A stretch of DNA of 64,000 nucleotides from Candidatus Gallionella acididurans (GTDB taxonomy: Bacteria > Pseudomonadota > Gammaproteobacteria > Burkholderiales > Gallionellaceae), in assembly GCA_001577345.1 (NCBI GenBank), contig LSLI01000001.1:6764-70763 (forward strand). Direction: 5' to 3'. The position numbers and the translations under genes were made by a program. The notes below the pieces were generated by a model. The model did no database searches. It was not told the origin of the DNA and worked only from the letters and a program-made list of their open reading frames with translations. Positions 30,146-39,298 of this stretch are shown here, in pieces. The first letter of the stretch is position 1. Every line of letters begins with the position of its first letter.

Positions 30146-32619
30146 AAAAACTTAGTATCCGGCAGTTTGTCGCAGGGCTGGCACTGATCCCCATGCTGAT
30201 CATGATAGTCAGCCTGCAGACCTATTTCCTGCAAGACCGATCTTCTTATCTGGACCGCGACTTTGTGGAACGGGGCAAACTCATCGCCCGCCAATTGGCT
30301 TCCAGCAGCGAATATGGCGTGTTTTCGAATAATCAAACTTTCCTGCAAGACTTGGCCCGGGGAGTCATGCAGCAACGGGATGTGCGCGGGGTCATGGTGC
30401 TGAACGCCGCTTCCGAAAAATTGATTGAAATGGGCGACTTTTCCGGCCTATCCGCGAATGCGACAGCCGATGCAAACCAGACCATGCCGGATCATCCTGA
30501 CCCTGCCAATAAATTGCCGGTCAGCAAAGCCAACCCGGTATACAGCAGCGGGGAGAACCTGTGGATTTACCGGCCCATCATTCCGGTGCAAGTGGCGCTT
30601 GGCGAGCTCGAGGTCAATCCTGTGGCAGAGCCGACCGGCGCGGTCATTCTGGAAATGAGCTGGGCGCATATCAGGAAACTCAAGTCGGGCATGTTCTGGG
30701 CGATGGTGTTTGTGACAACGCTGTTTTTTTCGATAGCCGTTTTTCTGGCCTATTTTGTCAGCCGCCGTATCGCTTCCCCGATCCGGAAATTGAGCGATGC
30801 CGTGCAGATGATAGGTAACGGGCATCTTGAAACGCGTGTTTTTGTGTCTGACCGCGTCACCGAACTGAGCAACATGGCGCAGGGCATAAATGCGATGGCC
30901 GCACAATTGCAAAAAGAGAGCATGAGCTTGCACCGGCAAATCGAGGAAGCTACGCGCATCGCCGCCACCGCTTTTGAGTCGCAGGAAAGCCTGATAATCA
31001 CCGATGCTCAAGGCCTGATCCTGAGGGTCAACAAGGCATTTACTGAGAGCACGGGCTATACGTCCGAGGAAATCGTGGGCAAAAAACCACGCCGCCTGCT
31101 CGACTCCGGCCGTCACCCCCCCGAATTCTACCGGGCAATGTGGGAGACCATCCGTAGTACCGGGTACTGGCATGGAGAAGTCTGGGACAGGCGCAAGAAT
31201 GGCGAAATATATCCAAAGCTGCTTTCCGTCACTGCCGTCAAAGGGGACGACGGGGCCATTACGCATTATGTCGGGTCGCACATCGATATCACCGAGCGCA
31301 AGGCGGCTGAGGAAGAAATCCAGTACCTGGCGTTTTACGACCCCCTCACGCGCCTGCCCAACAGGCGGCTGCTGCAGGACAGGATAAGGCAGGCGCTGGT
31401 TTCCAGTGCGCGCAGCGGTCTCGAAGGTGCGCTGCTGTTCATAGACCTGGACAATTTCAAGAACCTCAACGACACGCTGGGGCATGACATCGGGGATATG
31501 CTGTTGCAACAGGTCGGGCAACGCCTGGGGAAGTGCATACGCGAAGGCGACACTGTGGCGCGTCTGGGCGGCGATGAATTCGTGGTGATGCTGTTAAGCC
31601 TGGGCAAGCAGCCCATTGATGCGGCAGCCCAGGTCGAGGTTGTCGGAGAGAAAATACTCGCAGCCCTCGGCCAGCTTTACCAGCTTGGCCCACACGCATA
31701 CCGGTGCTCTGCCAGTATCGGGGCCACCCTGTTTAACGACAGCCAGCAGGCGACAGAAGAACTGATGAAGCAGGCCGACATCGCCATGTATCAGGCCAAG
31801 AAAGCCGGCCGCAATACCCTGCGCTTCTTCGACAGGAGGATGCAGGAAAATATCTCCTCACGCGTCTTGCTGGAAGGCGAGTTGCAAAAAGCGCTCGTGA
31901 ATCACCAATTCCACCTGCATTATCAAATCCAGGTGGACAGTGCGTTCCGTCCCTGCGGTGCAGAGGCATTGATCCGCTGGCGGCACCCTGAACGCGGGCT
32001 GGTTTTGCCGGCTCAATTCATTCCGCTGGCGGAAGAGACCGGCCTGATACTGACGATAGGGCAATGGGTGCTGGAGACCGCCTGCGCCCAGCTCAGGGTA
32101 TGGCAGCAAGATGCGCTTACCCGCGACCTGACGCTGGCTGTGAACGTGAGTGCCAAGCAATTTCGTCAGGCCGATTTCGTGTCGCATGTGAAAACTGCCG
32201 TGAAGCGCCATGCCATCAACCCGGCGCTGATCAAGCTGGAACTGACCGAAAGCATGCTGCTGGAAAACATCGAAGACACCATTGCAAAAATGAACTCGTT
32301 GAACGCGATTGGCGTGAAGCTCTCTCTGGACGATTTCGGCACAGGTTATTCATCGCTGCAATATCTCAAGCGACTACCGCTGGACCAGCTTAAAATCGAC
32401 CAGTCTTTCGTCCGTGATATAACCTTCGATCGCAGCGACGTGGCGATAGTGCGCACCATCGTGGCCATGGCACGAAGCCTGGGCATCGCCGTCATAGCCG
32501 AAGGGGTGGAGACGGAACAGCAACGACAACTTCTCCTGCAAAACGGCTGCTCCCACTACCAGGGGTTTCTGTTCGGCGACGCAGTTCCAATCGGAAGATT
32601 CATGACATTGCTTAAATAG
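30142..32619 (+). CDS. Sensor DGC/PDE: BarA/GacS-like periplasmic domain-HAMP-PAS-GGDEF-EAL
   Basis: QLASSSEYG periplasmic motif, HAMP, PAS (WHGEVWDRRKNG), REGD I-site, GGDEF, AEAL and DDFGTGYSS. TTGA overlap with the upstream gene. Confidence 0.92.
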   Translation: MKKLSIRQFVAGLALIPMLIMIVSLQTYFLQDRSSYLDRDFVERGKLIARQLASSSEYGVFSNNQTFLQDLARGVMQQRDVRGVMVLNAASEKLIEMGDFSGLSANATADANQTMPDHPDPANKLPVSKANPVYSSGENLWIYRPIIPVQVALGELEVNPVAEPTGAVILEMSWAHIRKLKSGMFWAMVFVTTLFFSIAVFLAYFVSRRIASPIRKLSDAVQMIGNGHLETRVFVSDRVTELSNMAQGINAMAAQLQKESMSLHRQIEEATRIAATAFESQESLIITDAQGLILRVNKAFTESTGYTSEEIVGKKPRRLLDSGRHPPEFYRAMWETIRSTGYWHGEVWDRRKNGEIYPKLLSVTAVKGDDGAITHYVGSHIDITERKAAEEEIQYLAFYDPLTRLPNRRLLQDRIRQALVSSARSGLEGALLFIDLDNFKNLNDTLGHDIGDMLLQQVGQRLGKCIREGDTVARLGGDEFVVMLLSLGKQPIDAAAQVEVVGEKILAALGQLYQLGPHAYRCSASIGATLFNDSQQATEELMKQADIAMYQAKKAGRNTLRFFDRRMQENISSRVLLEGELQKALVNHQFHLHYQIQVDSAFRPCGAEALIRWRHPERGLVLPAQFIPLAEETGLILTIGQWVLETACAQLRVWQQDALTRDLTLAVNVSAKQFRQADFVSHVKTAVKRHAINPALIKLELTESMLLENIEDTIAKMNSLNAIGVKLSLDDFGTGYSSLQYLKRLPLDQLKIDQSFVRDITFDRSDVAIVRTIVAMARSLGIAVIAEGVETEQQRQLLLQNGCSHYQGFLFGDAVPIGRFMTLLK

Positions 32620-32798
32620 TGCTGGCCGCAGTTGGTATCGCAGCGGCTGGCGAGCACAGCCCCCGAGCGGACCGATCGTCTGCAATGAACCGGTTTGGGT
32701 TCAGGCAACCATGTCCGGGTTGTACCTGCTATCTGTTCCGCTGCCGCGACGGTTGCCGCTTGCGGCCATGAAGAGGACGTGCATCCGGGCGCTGCCCG

Positions 32799-32829
32799 AA
32801 AAAAACGCCCCAGCGAAGTGGGGCGTTTT
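32799..32829. terminator. Bidirectional intrinsic terminator
   Basis: AAAAAAACGCCCCA-GCGAAG-TGGGGCGTTTT between convergent genes. Confidence 0.7.
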
Positions 32830-32892
32830 GCATTCCGGCATGCGCGGTTTTTTGCGCTAACCAGGCATGGTTTGGTCCGGCTGTTTTAGAGG

Positions 32893-33582
32893 CTAGTCTC
32901 TGTCGCCGCTGAATGCCATCAGCAGGCTCAGCAGGTTGACGAAGATGTTGTAAATGTCCAGATACAAACTCATCGTCGCCATCACGTAGTTGGTCTGGCC
33001 GCCTTTGATGATCTGGCTGATGTCGAACAGGATGTAGGCCGAGAAGATCAGCACGGCGATCGCGGAGATGGTCAGCGCCAGCGCGGGCACCTGGAAGAAC
33101 ATGTTGGCCAGAGAAGCGACGATCAGCAGGATCACGCCAATGAACAGGAATTTGCCCATGAAGCTGAAATCCTTCTTGGTCACTGTTGCCAGTGTCGCCA
33201 GGCTGAAGAAGATGATCCCGGTTCCGCCTGCCGCCATGCCCACCAGTTGTGCGCCGTTCTTCAGGTGCAACGCGATTTGCAGGATAGGTCCGAGGAAGAA
33301 TCCGGCAACCAGCGTGAATGCCAGCAGCAACGCGACACCCCAGCCGCTATTGCGGGTCGCAGTTACGCCGAACATCAGGCCCATCATCACGGCGAACATC
33401 AGCAGGGAGAAGATGACCGGATGCAGCGCCATGAACGAAAAATTGGTGGTCATGCCGATGAAGGCACCGATCACCGTCGGGATCATCGTAAGCGCCAGCA
33501 TCATGTAGGTGTTGCGCAATACCGTGTTTTGCGCGGTTCCGATTGCACCGATTTGCGTTGCGGGAATATATTGTTGTTCCAT
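32893..33582 (-). CDS. yccA: Bax inhibitor-1/YccA family membrane protein
   Basis: VLRNTYMMLALT and LYLDIYNIFVNLL; 7 TM. Lies downstream of tRNA-Ser as in other proteobacteria. Confidence 0.9.
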   Translation of the reverse strand: MEQQYIPATQIGAIGTAQNTVLRNTYMMLALTMIPTVIGAFIGMTTNFSFMALHPVIFSLLMFAVMMGLMFGVTATRNSGWGVALLLAFTLVAGFFLGPILQIALHLKNGAQLVGMAAGGTGIIFFSLATLATVTKKDFSFMGKFLFIGVILLIVASLANMFFQVPALALTISAIAVLIFSAYILFDISQIIKGGQTNYVMATMSLYLDIYNIFVNLLSLLMAFSGDRD

Positions 33583-33698
33583 TTGAAGTCTCCTAAAAGT
33601 TATGCGTTTACTCAACAACGGGGGTAAGACTAGCGGAGTGCGGGTAAAGTTTCAATTGTGATGCTGATAGTGGATATATACGGGTTGAGAATGGGTCT

Positions 33699-33788
33699 TG
33701 GCGGAAGCGGTGAGATTCGAACTCACGGAGGACTTTCATCCTCGCTAGTTTTCAAGACTAGTGCCTTCAACCGCTCGGCCACGCTTCC
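33699..33788 (-). tRNA. tRNA-Ser, anticodon TGA
   Basis: Minus strand GGAAGCGTGGCCGAGCGGTTGAAGGCA-CTAGT-CTTGAAA-ACTAG, a long variable arm, GTTCGAATC and an encoded CCA end. Confidence 0.97.
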
Positions 33789-33871
33789 TAAATTGTTGTT
33801 ACTTCGCACTCGGGCGGCAGACTTGGCTATTTCGTGTCTTGCCTGGCGCTGCCAGCCCTTTGAGGTCGCGC

Positions 33872-33900
33872 ATTTTGAACCAAGCAGCCAACCGTGTCCA
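33872..33900 (-). promoter_or_regulatory. Probable sigma70 promoter of tRNA-Ser
   Basis: Minus strand TGGACA-17 nt-CAAAAT then the GC-rich discriminator GCGCGACC. Confidence 0.5.
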
Positions 33901-33916
33901 GGAAAACGCAGGCTAG

Positions 33917-34372
33917 TCAGGAAGGAACCCGGTTTCTCACGCAGTCGGCCCAGTTGTTGGGAGTTTCATAGAGGCGTACCTGCTCGAGGCGCAGATGGTT
34001 GCCGTAGGTGTCCCGGTAGGCCGGGGCCAGGATGTTGAATGCCTCCTGGGCGAGGTTCTCGGCTGTGGGCACGGTGTCGAGGATGACGGTTTTGTGATTC
34101 GGCAAACTTGCCAGAAAGTCGCATACCGGCTTGTCGCCGCGATACACCAGGAAAGCGTGATCCCAGGCGTCCACCAGTTTCTCCTTGGCGATGCGCTTGA
34201 CATCGGAGAAGTCCATCACCATGCCTTGTTCGGATAGCCCCTCGCTGGTGATGATGTCTCCGGACAGGGTGATCTCGATCGCATAGCGATGGCCGTGCAA
34301 GTGTTTGCACTGGCTGTTGTGGTTGGGGATGCGATGTCCGGCATCGAATTCCAGGCGGCGGGTGATATACAT
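33917..34372 (-). CDS. queD: 6-carboxy-5,6,7,8-tetrahydropterin synthase
   Basis: EFDAGHRI, CKHLHGHRY, WDHAFL, PTAENLA and LYETP. Confidence 0.92.
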   Translation of the reverse strand: MYITRRLEFDAGHRIPNHNSQCKHLHGHRYAIEITLSGDIITSEGLSEQGMVMDFSDVKRIAKEKLVDAWDHAFLVYRGDKPVCDFLASLPNHKTVILDTVPTAENLAQEAFNILAPAYRDTYGNHLRLEQVRLYETPNNWADCVRNRVPS

Positions 34373-34411
34373 GTGGCTTGGGCGGGATGAATTGCAGCGG
34401 ATTATACCCTG

Positions 34412-36340
34412 TCAGATTTTAAAGGCCCGGACGCGTTGCAGAAATTCCTGTCGCACAGATTCACCCCCGTGCGAGCCATAGCGCAACGCGCTGTAGCGTG
34501 CCGCGAGATCCCGGATATTCGCCGCCAGCGCGGGATGCGCCGCCGCAACGCGATCGGCATAGTCCTGCGCGCCTTCATGTGCGGCCCGAGGCAGGCCCGC
34601 GCGGGCCAATCTGCCGCACACCCTGAGCCATGCGGCTTGCACCTTGTCCGGCCGGCGCACGAACAGGTGGCGCAGCATGAACAGCGAGAACAGCGCAATT
34701 ACCGCACCCAGCCCTGCCGACATGTTGAGCGCCATCTTTTGCCAGGTGACGGACTCCATGCCCAGGCGCGTCAGGAAAGCGAACTGGCGCTCGCTGTCGT
34801 AACCCAGCACCCATTGGTTCCACTGGTTGGCGAGCGTGTCCAGATTGAAGCGCAGGTCGCGCATCCACTGCGGCGGATTGCGTTCCATGAACGGCAATGC
34901 CGCGCTGTCGGAAACGGCGGCGGACAAGCCGCTCTCCAGTCGTCCCGGGGCAATCACGCCGGTGGGATCGACGCGCACCCAGCCTTGTCCGGCCAGCCAC
35001 ACTTCCGCCCAGGCGTGGGCATCGGATTGGCGCACGATGTAGTAGTTGCCGACACTGTTGTATTCGCCGCCCAGATAGCCGGTCACCACGCGCGCCGGGA
35101 CATTAGCCGCGCGCATCAGGAACACGAAGGCCGAGGCATAGTGTTCGCAGAAGCCCTGCTTTGCGTTGAACAGAAAGTCGTCGACACTGTTGCTGCCCAA
35201 AAGCGGGGGTTGGAGCGTGTAGACAAAGCCCTGCTTGCTGAAATAGCGCAGCGCCGTATTGACCAGGGTTTCATCGTCCTTGCTGCCGGCGCGCCATTCG
35301 GCGGCAAGCTGTTGCGCGCGCGGATTGAATTGCCTGGGCAGCTGCAATGCGCGCTGCAGCTGGCGTTCGGATTCCCGCACATTGGCGTGGTAGACCAGGT
35401 TGGAGCGCGCCGCATAACGCATCCGCGCGTGGACCGGCGCCCTGTTCAATACCTGAAAATCGGAAGAAATGATGGCCGGTATGGTCAGCTTGTCCGGCAC
35501 ATCCAGCGTGAACAACCAGGTCTTGTTGTGCGGTTCCAGTGTCACGACATAATCGATGGGCTGGCCGAGATCGGTGAAATCGGGCGGGTAGGTGAGCGTG
35601 GTTCTGCCCGGTGTCCAGGTGCGCCCGTCGAAATACCACAGCACCGGTCCGCGCCAATACATCTGGTCGCGGCGCGGCGGCTTGCCGTTGTAGGAAACGC
35701 GAAATGCAACCTCTTCCGACAGGCCCAGGCGGCTCAGGCTGCCCGGCGACATGCGGTCGTCCAGCCCGGTGCTGGCATAGGCGTCTTGCGGCAATCCCCA
35801 CAACGGGCCTTGCACGCGCGGAAACAGGATGAACAGGATCAGCGTCAGCGGCAGGGCCTGCAGCAGCAGCACCGCGGCGATGCGCATGCGCGGCCTGAGC
35901 GCGATGCTTTCCGCCTGCAGGTGCACCCAGGTCGTCACGATAACCGTCAGGGAGGCGAGCAGATACAATGCTGTGGGGATGCTCTGCGAGTAGAAAAAGT
36001 TGGTGATGATGATGAAGCATGCGAGGTAGACCAGCACCATCGCGTCGCGCGGTTTGCGCAGTTCCATCAGCTTGAGCGTGGCGAGCATTACCAGCAGCGT
36101 GACTCCCGCTTCGCGCCCGAACATGGTGTGGTAATTGAATATGATGCCGGCCGTCCCGGCAAAGGTGACCAGCATCAACAGCCAGCGTTTCGGCAACGCC
36201 TTGTCGCCGTACGTGAGCCAGGTTCGCCACAGCAGCAATCCGGCGCACAGGCCGCTGACCCACAGCGGCAGATGCTCGGCATGCGGCGCGATGACCATCA
36301 GGATGGACAGCAGCAGGCCGTAAATCAGGGACTTGTTCAT
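34412..36340 (-). CDS. tgpA: DUF3488/transglutaminase-like membrane protein (TgpA family)
   Basis: N-terminal TM region, GFCEHYASAF, DAHAWAEVW and WVRVDPT catalytic triad. Confidence 0.88.
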   Translation of the reverse strand: MNKSLIYGLLLSILMVIAPHAEHLPLWVSGLCAGLLLWRTWLTYGDKALPKRWLLMLVTFAGTAGIIFNYHTMFGREAGVTLLVMLATLKLMELRKPRDAMVLVYLACFIIITNFFYSQSIPTALYLLASLTVIVTTWVHLQAESIALRPRMRIAAVLLLQALPLTLILFILFPRVQGPLWGLPQDAYASTGLDDRMSPGSLSRLGLSEEVAFRVSYNGKPPRRDQMYWRGPVLWYFDGRTWTPGRTTLTYPPDFTDLGQPIDYVVTLEPHNKTWLFTLDVPDKLTIPAIISSDFQVLNRAPVHARMRYAARSNLVYHANVRESERQLQRALQLPRQFNPRAQQLAAEWRAGSKDDETLVNTALRYFSKQGFVYTLQPPLLGSNSVDDFLFNAKQGFCEHYASAFVFLMRAANVPARVVTGYLGGEYNSVGNYYIVRQSDAHAWAEVWLAGQGWVRVDPTGVIAPGRLESGLSAAVSDSAALPFMERNPPQWMRDLRFNLDTLANQWNQWVLGYDSERQFAFLTRLGMESVTWQKMALNMSAGLGAVIALFSLFMLRHLFVRRPDKVQAAWLRVCGRLARAGLPRAAHEGAQDYADRVAAAHPALAANIRDLAARYSALRYGSHGGESVRQEFLQRVRAFKI

Positions 36341-36360
36341 TGCAAAAACCTTAACTGCAA

Positions 36361-36488
36361 GCCACAGAGTTTGCAGAGAACACAGAGGGTCAAGAGCCTG
36401 AGGTATTTGGCAAATTCACTCGCTTGATTTAAATGCCAAGGCTGGAGACCCGGTGTTTTTTCTCTGTGAACTCTGTGTTCTCTGTGGC
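36361..36488. repeat. Nonamer-periodic inverted-repeat element
   Basis: GCCACAGAG TTTGCAGAG AACACAGAG pairs with CTCTGTGAA CTCTGTGTT CTCTGTGGC around an unrelated core. Confidence 0.8.
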
Positions 36489-36503
36489 TAATTATTTTTA
36501 GGT

Positions 36504-37586
36504 TCATGGTTGCCCCTGCTGCGGCAAATTAAATAACGCGATCCTGCGCAAACATTCATCGCGGTGCGCTATTCCGTTATTGGAGGGCAGTTGCGACACG
36601 TTACTGACGAAGTCAGCCGATTGCGGGAGCAACTGCCCAGCCGCTCCTCCCGCACCAGAGGGCTCCGCCCCACCGTGTCGGAGCGGCAACCCGCCATCCG
36701 GCAGGCCCAGCCCGTAGCGCAGGCCCTGGGCCTCCGCATCCAGCACCCAGCGCGTCATGCGCGCGAGTTTTTCTTCCTCGTTGCGGTCGGGAGTATCGGC
36801 ATAATCCAGCCACAACTCTTCGCCCAGCGGCGTGGAAAATTGCTTGACCTGCAAGCCGCGTTCCCGCGCATAGGCTTTCCAGGCGATGCGCGGCAGGGCG
36901 TCGCCTGGAGTGTATTTGCGCAGTCCGGAAAAATCCTCGTCACCCGCCACACTGCGCTTCCCGGTGCCGTCGGGGGAACTGCCGGACGGCAGAGGCGCTA
37001 CGCGCAAAGGTTTTGGGTAGACCAGGCAGCGCGTGCCGAAATGCAGGTATGACCAGCAATAGAACAGGCCGAGCGGGAATTCGGTGTACAGCATCAATCG
37101 CCCTGCCTGCAGCCATCCGCGCCGGGTTGCGGGTAGCGGGAAGGCGACTTCGCTGTCCTGCATGGCCGGGACATCAAACTTGAGCGGCGTGTTGGTGTTT
37201 GTCCAGAACGATTTGCCGGGTTGCACCAGGCACAACTGGTAACGCGACAGCTTGCTGCGGTTGTTGAAGTGCAGCATGAACTGCGCGGTCTCCCCGCGGA
37301 ACACGGGATCGGCCCGGCCCGGGCGTATCTCCAGGTGCGCGAGATTGCGGAATGCATGCAGCATCGACATCACCGCCATCATGGCCAGCAGAAATGTCAG
37401 CACATAGCCCAGGCTCAGGTTGTAGTTGATGTCGCCAAGCAGCATCAGCACCAGCACAAAGCCCAGCATAAAACCCTGTTTGGTGGGGATGATGAAGATG
37501 CGGCGCTGGGTGAGCGTGATCGCGCCGTGTTCCATCCTGGGGCGGAACAGCCAGGATTGGAACTTTTGTGTAAGCGATGCCAGCAC
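36504..37586 (-). CDS. DUF58-domain protein
   Basis: RRIFIIPT, TEFPLGLF, VYPKP, DEDFSGLRKY and IAWKAYAR. Lies between moxR and tgpA. Confidence 0.88.
   Translation of the reverse strand: MLASLTQKFQSWLFRPRMEHGAITLTQRRIFIIPTKQGFMLGFVLVLMLLGDINYNLSLGYVLTFLLAMMAVMSMLHAFRNLAHLEIRPGRADPVFRGETAQFMLHFNNRSKLSRYQLCLVQPGKSFWTNTNTPLKFDVPAMQDSEVAFPLPATRRGWLQAGRLMLYTEFPLGLFYCWSYLHFGTRCLVYPKPLRVAPLPSGSSPDGTGKRSVAGDEDFSGLRKYTPGDALPRIAWKAYARERGLQVKQFSTPLGEELWLDYADTPDRNEEEKLARMTRWVLDAEAQGLRYGLGLPDGGLPLRHGGAEPSGAGGAAGQLLPQSADFVSNVSQLPSNNGIAHRDECLRRIALFNLPQQGQP
36585..36687. repeat. In-frame double-hairpin insertion in the DUF58 gene
   Basis: GGGCAGTTGC/GCAACTGCCC (10-bp perfect, inner CTGAC-GAA-GTCAG) and GCCGCTCC/GGAGCGGC. 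Confidence 0.65.
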
Positions 37587-37597
37587 AGCTTTTAACG

Positions 37598-37705
37598 TGA
37601 AACTCGCGCAGCGATTCGTTTGCCTCCTCGCCCGCTTGCGGGAGAGGATTGAGGATAACCAGCGACTTGGTTGGCGTTGTTTGCCAGCCTAGTCGAATGG
37701 CTAGT
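37598..37705 (-). repeat. Composite repeat: ACTAGCCATTCGACTA...AGTCGCTGGTTATCC module plus CCTCTCCCGCAAGCGGGCGAGG hairpin
   Basis: The module at 37653..37705 (minus strand) matches 43520..43566 (plus strand). Confidence 0.7.
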
Positions 37706-37769
37706 GGTTTGACCAGAGGGAACGGGCAAGGCAAGTTTCATTATCAGGGGTAGCTACTTGCCATGCCTG

Positions 37770-38702
37770 TTAGGGTATCGCGACCGCTTCGATCAGTTCG
37801 CGCACCAGCACGGCACTATTCTGTCTGGAGAACTCGCCTGTTGCCTGCAGGCGGTGGCTGACCACGCCGGGCACCACGGCCTGCACATCTTCGGGGGTCA
37901 CCGCATCGCGGCTATCCAGCAATGCCCAGGCGCGCGCGCAGGAAAGCAGGGCAAGGCCGGCGCGCGGCGACAGGCCGTGAGTGTAGCGCGCCGCTTCGCG
38001 CGTGTAGCGCAGGATGGCCTGCACGTAATCCAGCAGCGCCGGAGAGACGAATATCTCTCTCGCGCGTTTTTGCAGCGCCAGCAGTTCGCTGCTTTCCATC
38101 TGCGGGCTGAGCTGGGCGACGATCTTGCGCCGGTCCACGCCCGACAGCAGTCCGCGCTCCGCGTGAGCGTCCGGATACCCCATCTGGATGCGCATCAGGA
38201 AGCGGTCGAGCTGCGATTCCGGCAGCGCGAAAGTGCCGATCTGGTAGGCCGGATTCTGTGTGGCGATGACGAAGAACGGACTGGGTAAAGGACGGGTCGT
38301 GCCCTCTATGGTCACCTGCTGTTCTTCCATCGCCTCCAGCAATGCGCTCTGCGCCTTGGGGGTGGCGCGATTGATCTCGTCCGCCAGGATCATTTGCGCG
38401 AAGATCGGCCCGGGATGGAACTTGAATTCCCCGGCTCTTGCATCAGTACTGGGGCGCTGAAAAACCGATACGCCGAGAATATCGGCCGGCAACAGATCGC
38501 TGGTGAACTGGATGCGCTGGAACTGCAGGCCCAGCGTGCGCGCCAGCACGTGCGCCAGTGTGGTCTTGCCGACGCCCGGCAGGTCCTCGATCAACAAATG
38601 TCCGCGCGCCAGCAGACAGGCAAGCGCGAAGCGGATTTGTAGCGGCTTGCCGAGGATGACCTGTTCGGCCTGGCGGATGACGTTGTTCAGGTTTGGGCTC
38701 AT
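37770..38702 (-). CDS. MoxR-family AAA+ ATPase
   Basis: EDLPGVGKT, RIQFTSDLLPAD, DEINRA and ATQNP. Confidence 0.93.
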   Translation of the reverse strand: MSPNLNNVIRQAEQVILGKPLQIRFALACLLARGHLLIEDLPGVGKTTLAHVLARTLGLQFQRIQFTSDLLPADILGVSVFQRPSTDARAGEFKFHPGPIFAQMILADEINRATPKAQSALLEAMEEQQVTIEGTTRPLPSPFFVIATQNPAYQIGTFALPESQLDRFLMRIQMGYPDAHAERGLLSGVDRRKIVAQLSPQMESSELLALQKRAREIFVSPALLDYVQAILRYTREAARYTHGLSPRAGLALLSCARAWALLDSRDAVTPEDVQAVVPGVVSHRLQATGEFSRQNSAVLVRELIEAVAIP

Positions 38703-38789
38703 TATTTGTTGGTAGGGGCGTAAGGCATTACGCCCGTATTGTTGGTGAAAAAAGTGGGCGCATGCCATACGCCCCTGCGGATGTTATGT

Positions 38790-39158
38790 TCAAAGCAAAA
38801 TCGCGGCGACCACTTTGCGGTCTTCCGCCACCAGTATGTTGTAGGTTCGGCACGCGGCCGGGGTGTCCATGCATTCCACGCCTATGCCCGCATCGGTCAA
38901 TGCCCGGTACAGCCGTGGATGGGGGAAGCGCTGCGTCGCGCCGGTGCCGAGCAGCAGCACATCCGGCTTGAGGGCGACAAAATAGGCGAAATGTGCCTCG
39001 CTCAATTCGTCAAACCCGGCGACGACCCAGTCGCTGCGCACTTCTTCGGCCAGAACCACGATGCTGCGCTCATGGCGCTCGCCGTTGACCATCACATGAT
39101 CCGCGCCATGGGCGGTGAACAGTTTGGTGTCGCCGGGATTGGACAGGTGCAATTTCAA
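38790..39158 (-). CDS. Mth938-like/DUF498 protein
   Basis: LLLGTG and MDTPAACRTYNILVAEDRKV. Confidence 0.9.
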   Translation of the reverse strand: MKLHLSNPGDTKLFTAHGADHVMVNGERHERSIVVLAEEVRSDWVVAGFDELSEAHFAYFVALKPDVLLLGTGATQRFPHPRLYRALTDAGIGVECMDTPAACRTYNILVAEDRKVVAAILL

Positions 39159-39298
39159 AATGGCCTCGCGGTTGTGCGGTGTGTGCGGGGGAGTTTAGAG
39201 TCAGTTGCGGGGCGCAGTCAAACGCGGCCGGGGAATTTCTTGATCTCCTGGCGCACTGCTATACATAGCGGCAGAAATCGCGCAGTAGATTTATGTCA

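Noticed and set aside
33699-33788. tRNA-Ser as a prophage or island integration site
   Set aside because: It is flanked by core genes (yccA, queD). I saw no integrase and no duplicated tRNA 3' end.
34412-38702. moxR-DUF58-transglutaminase cluster as a novel system
   Set aside because: It is a well-known conserved triad (TgpA family). Only its repeat insertions are reported.
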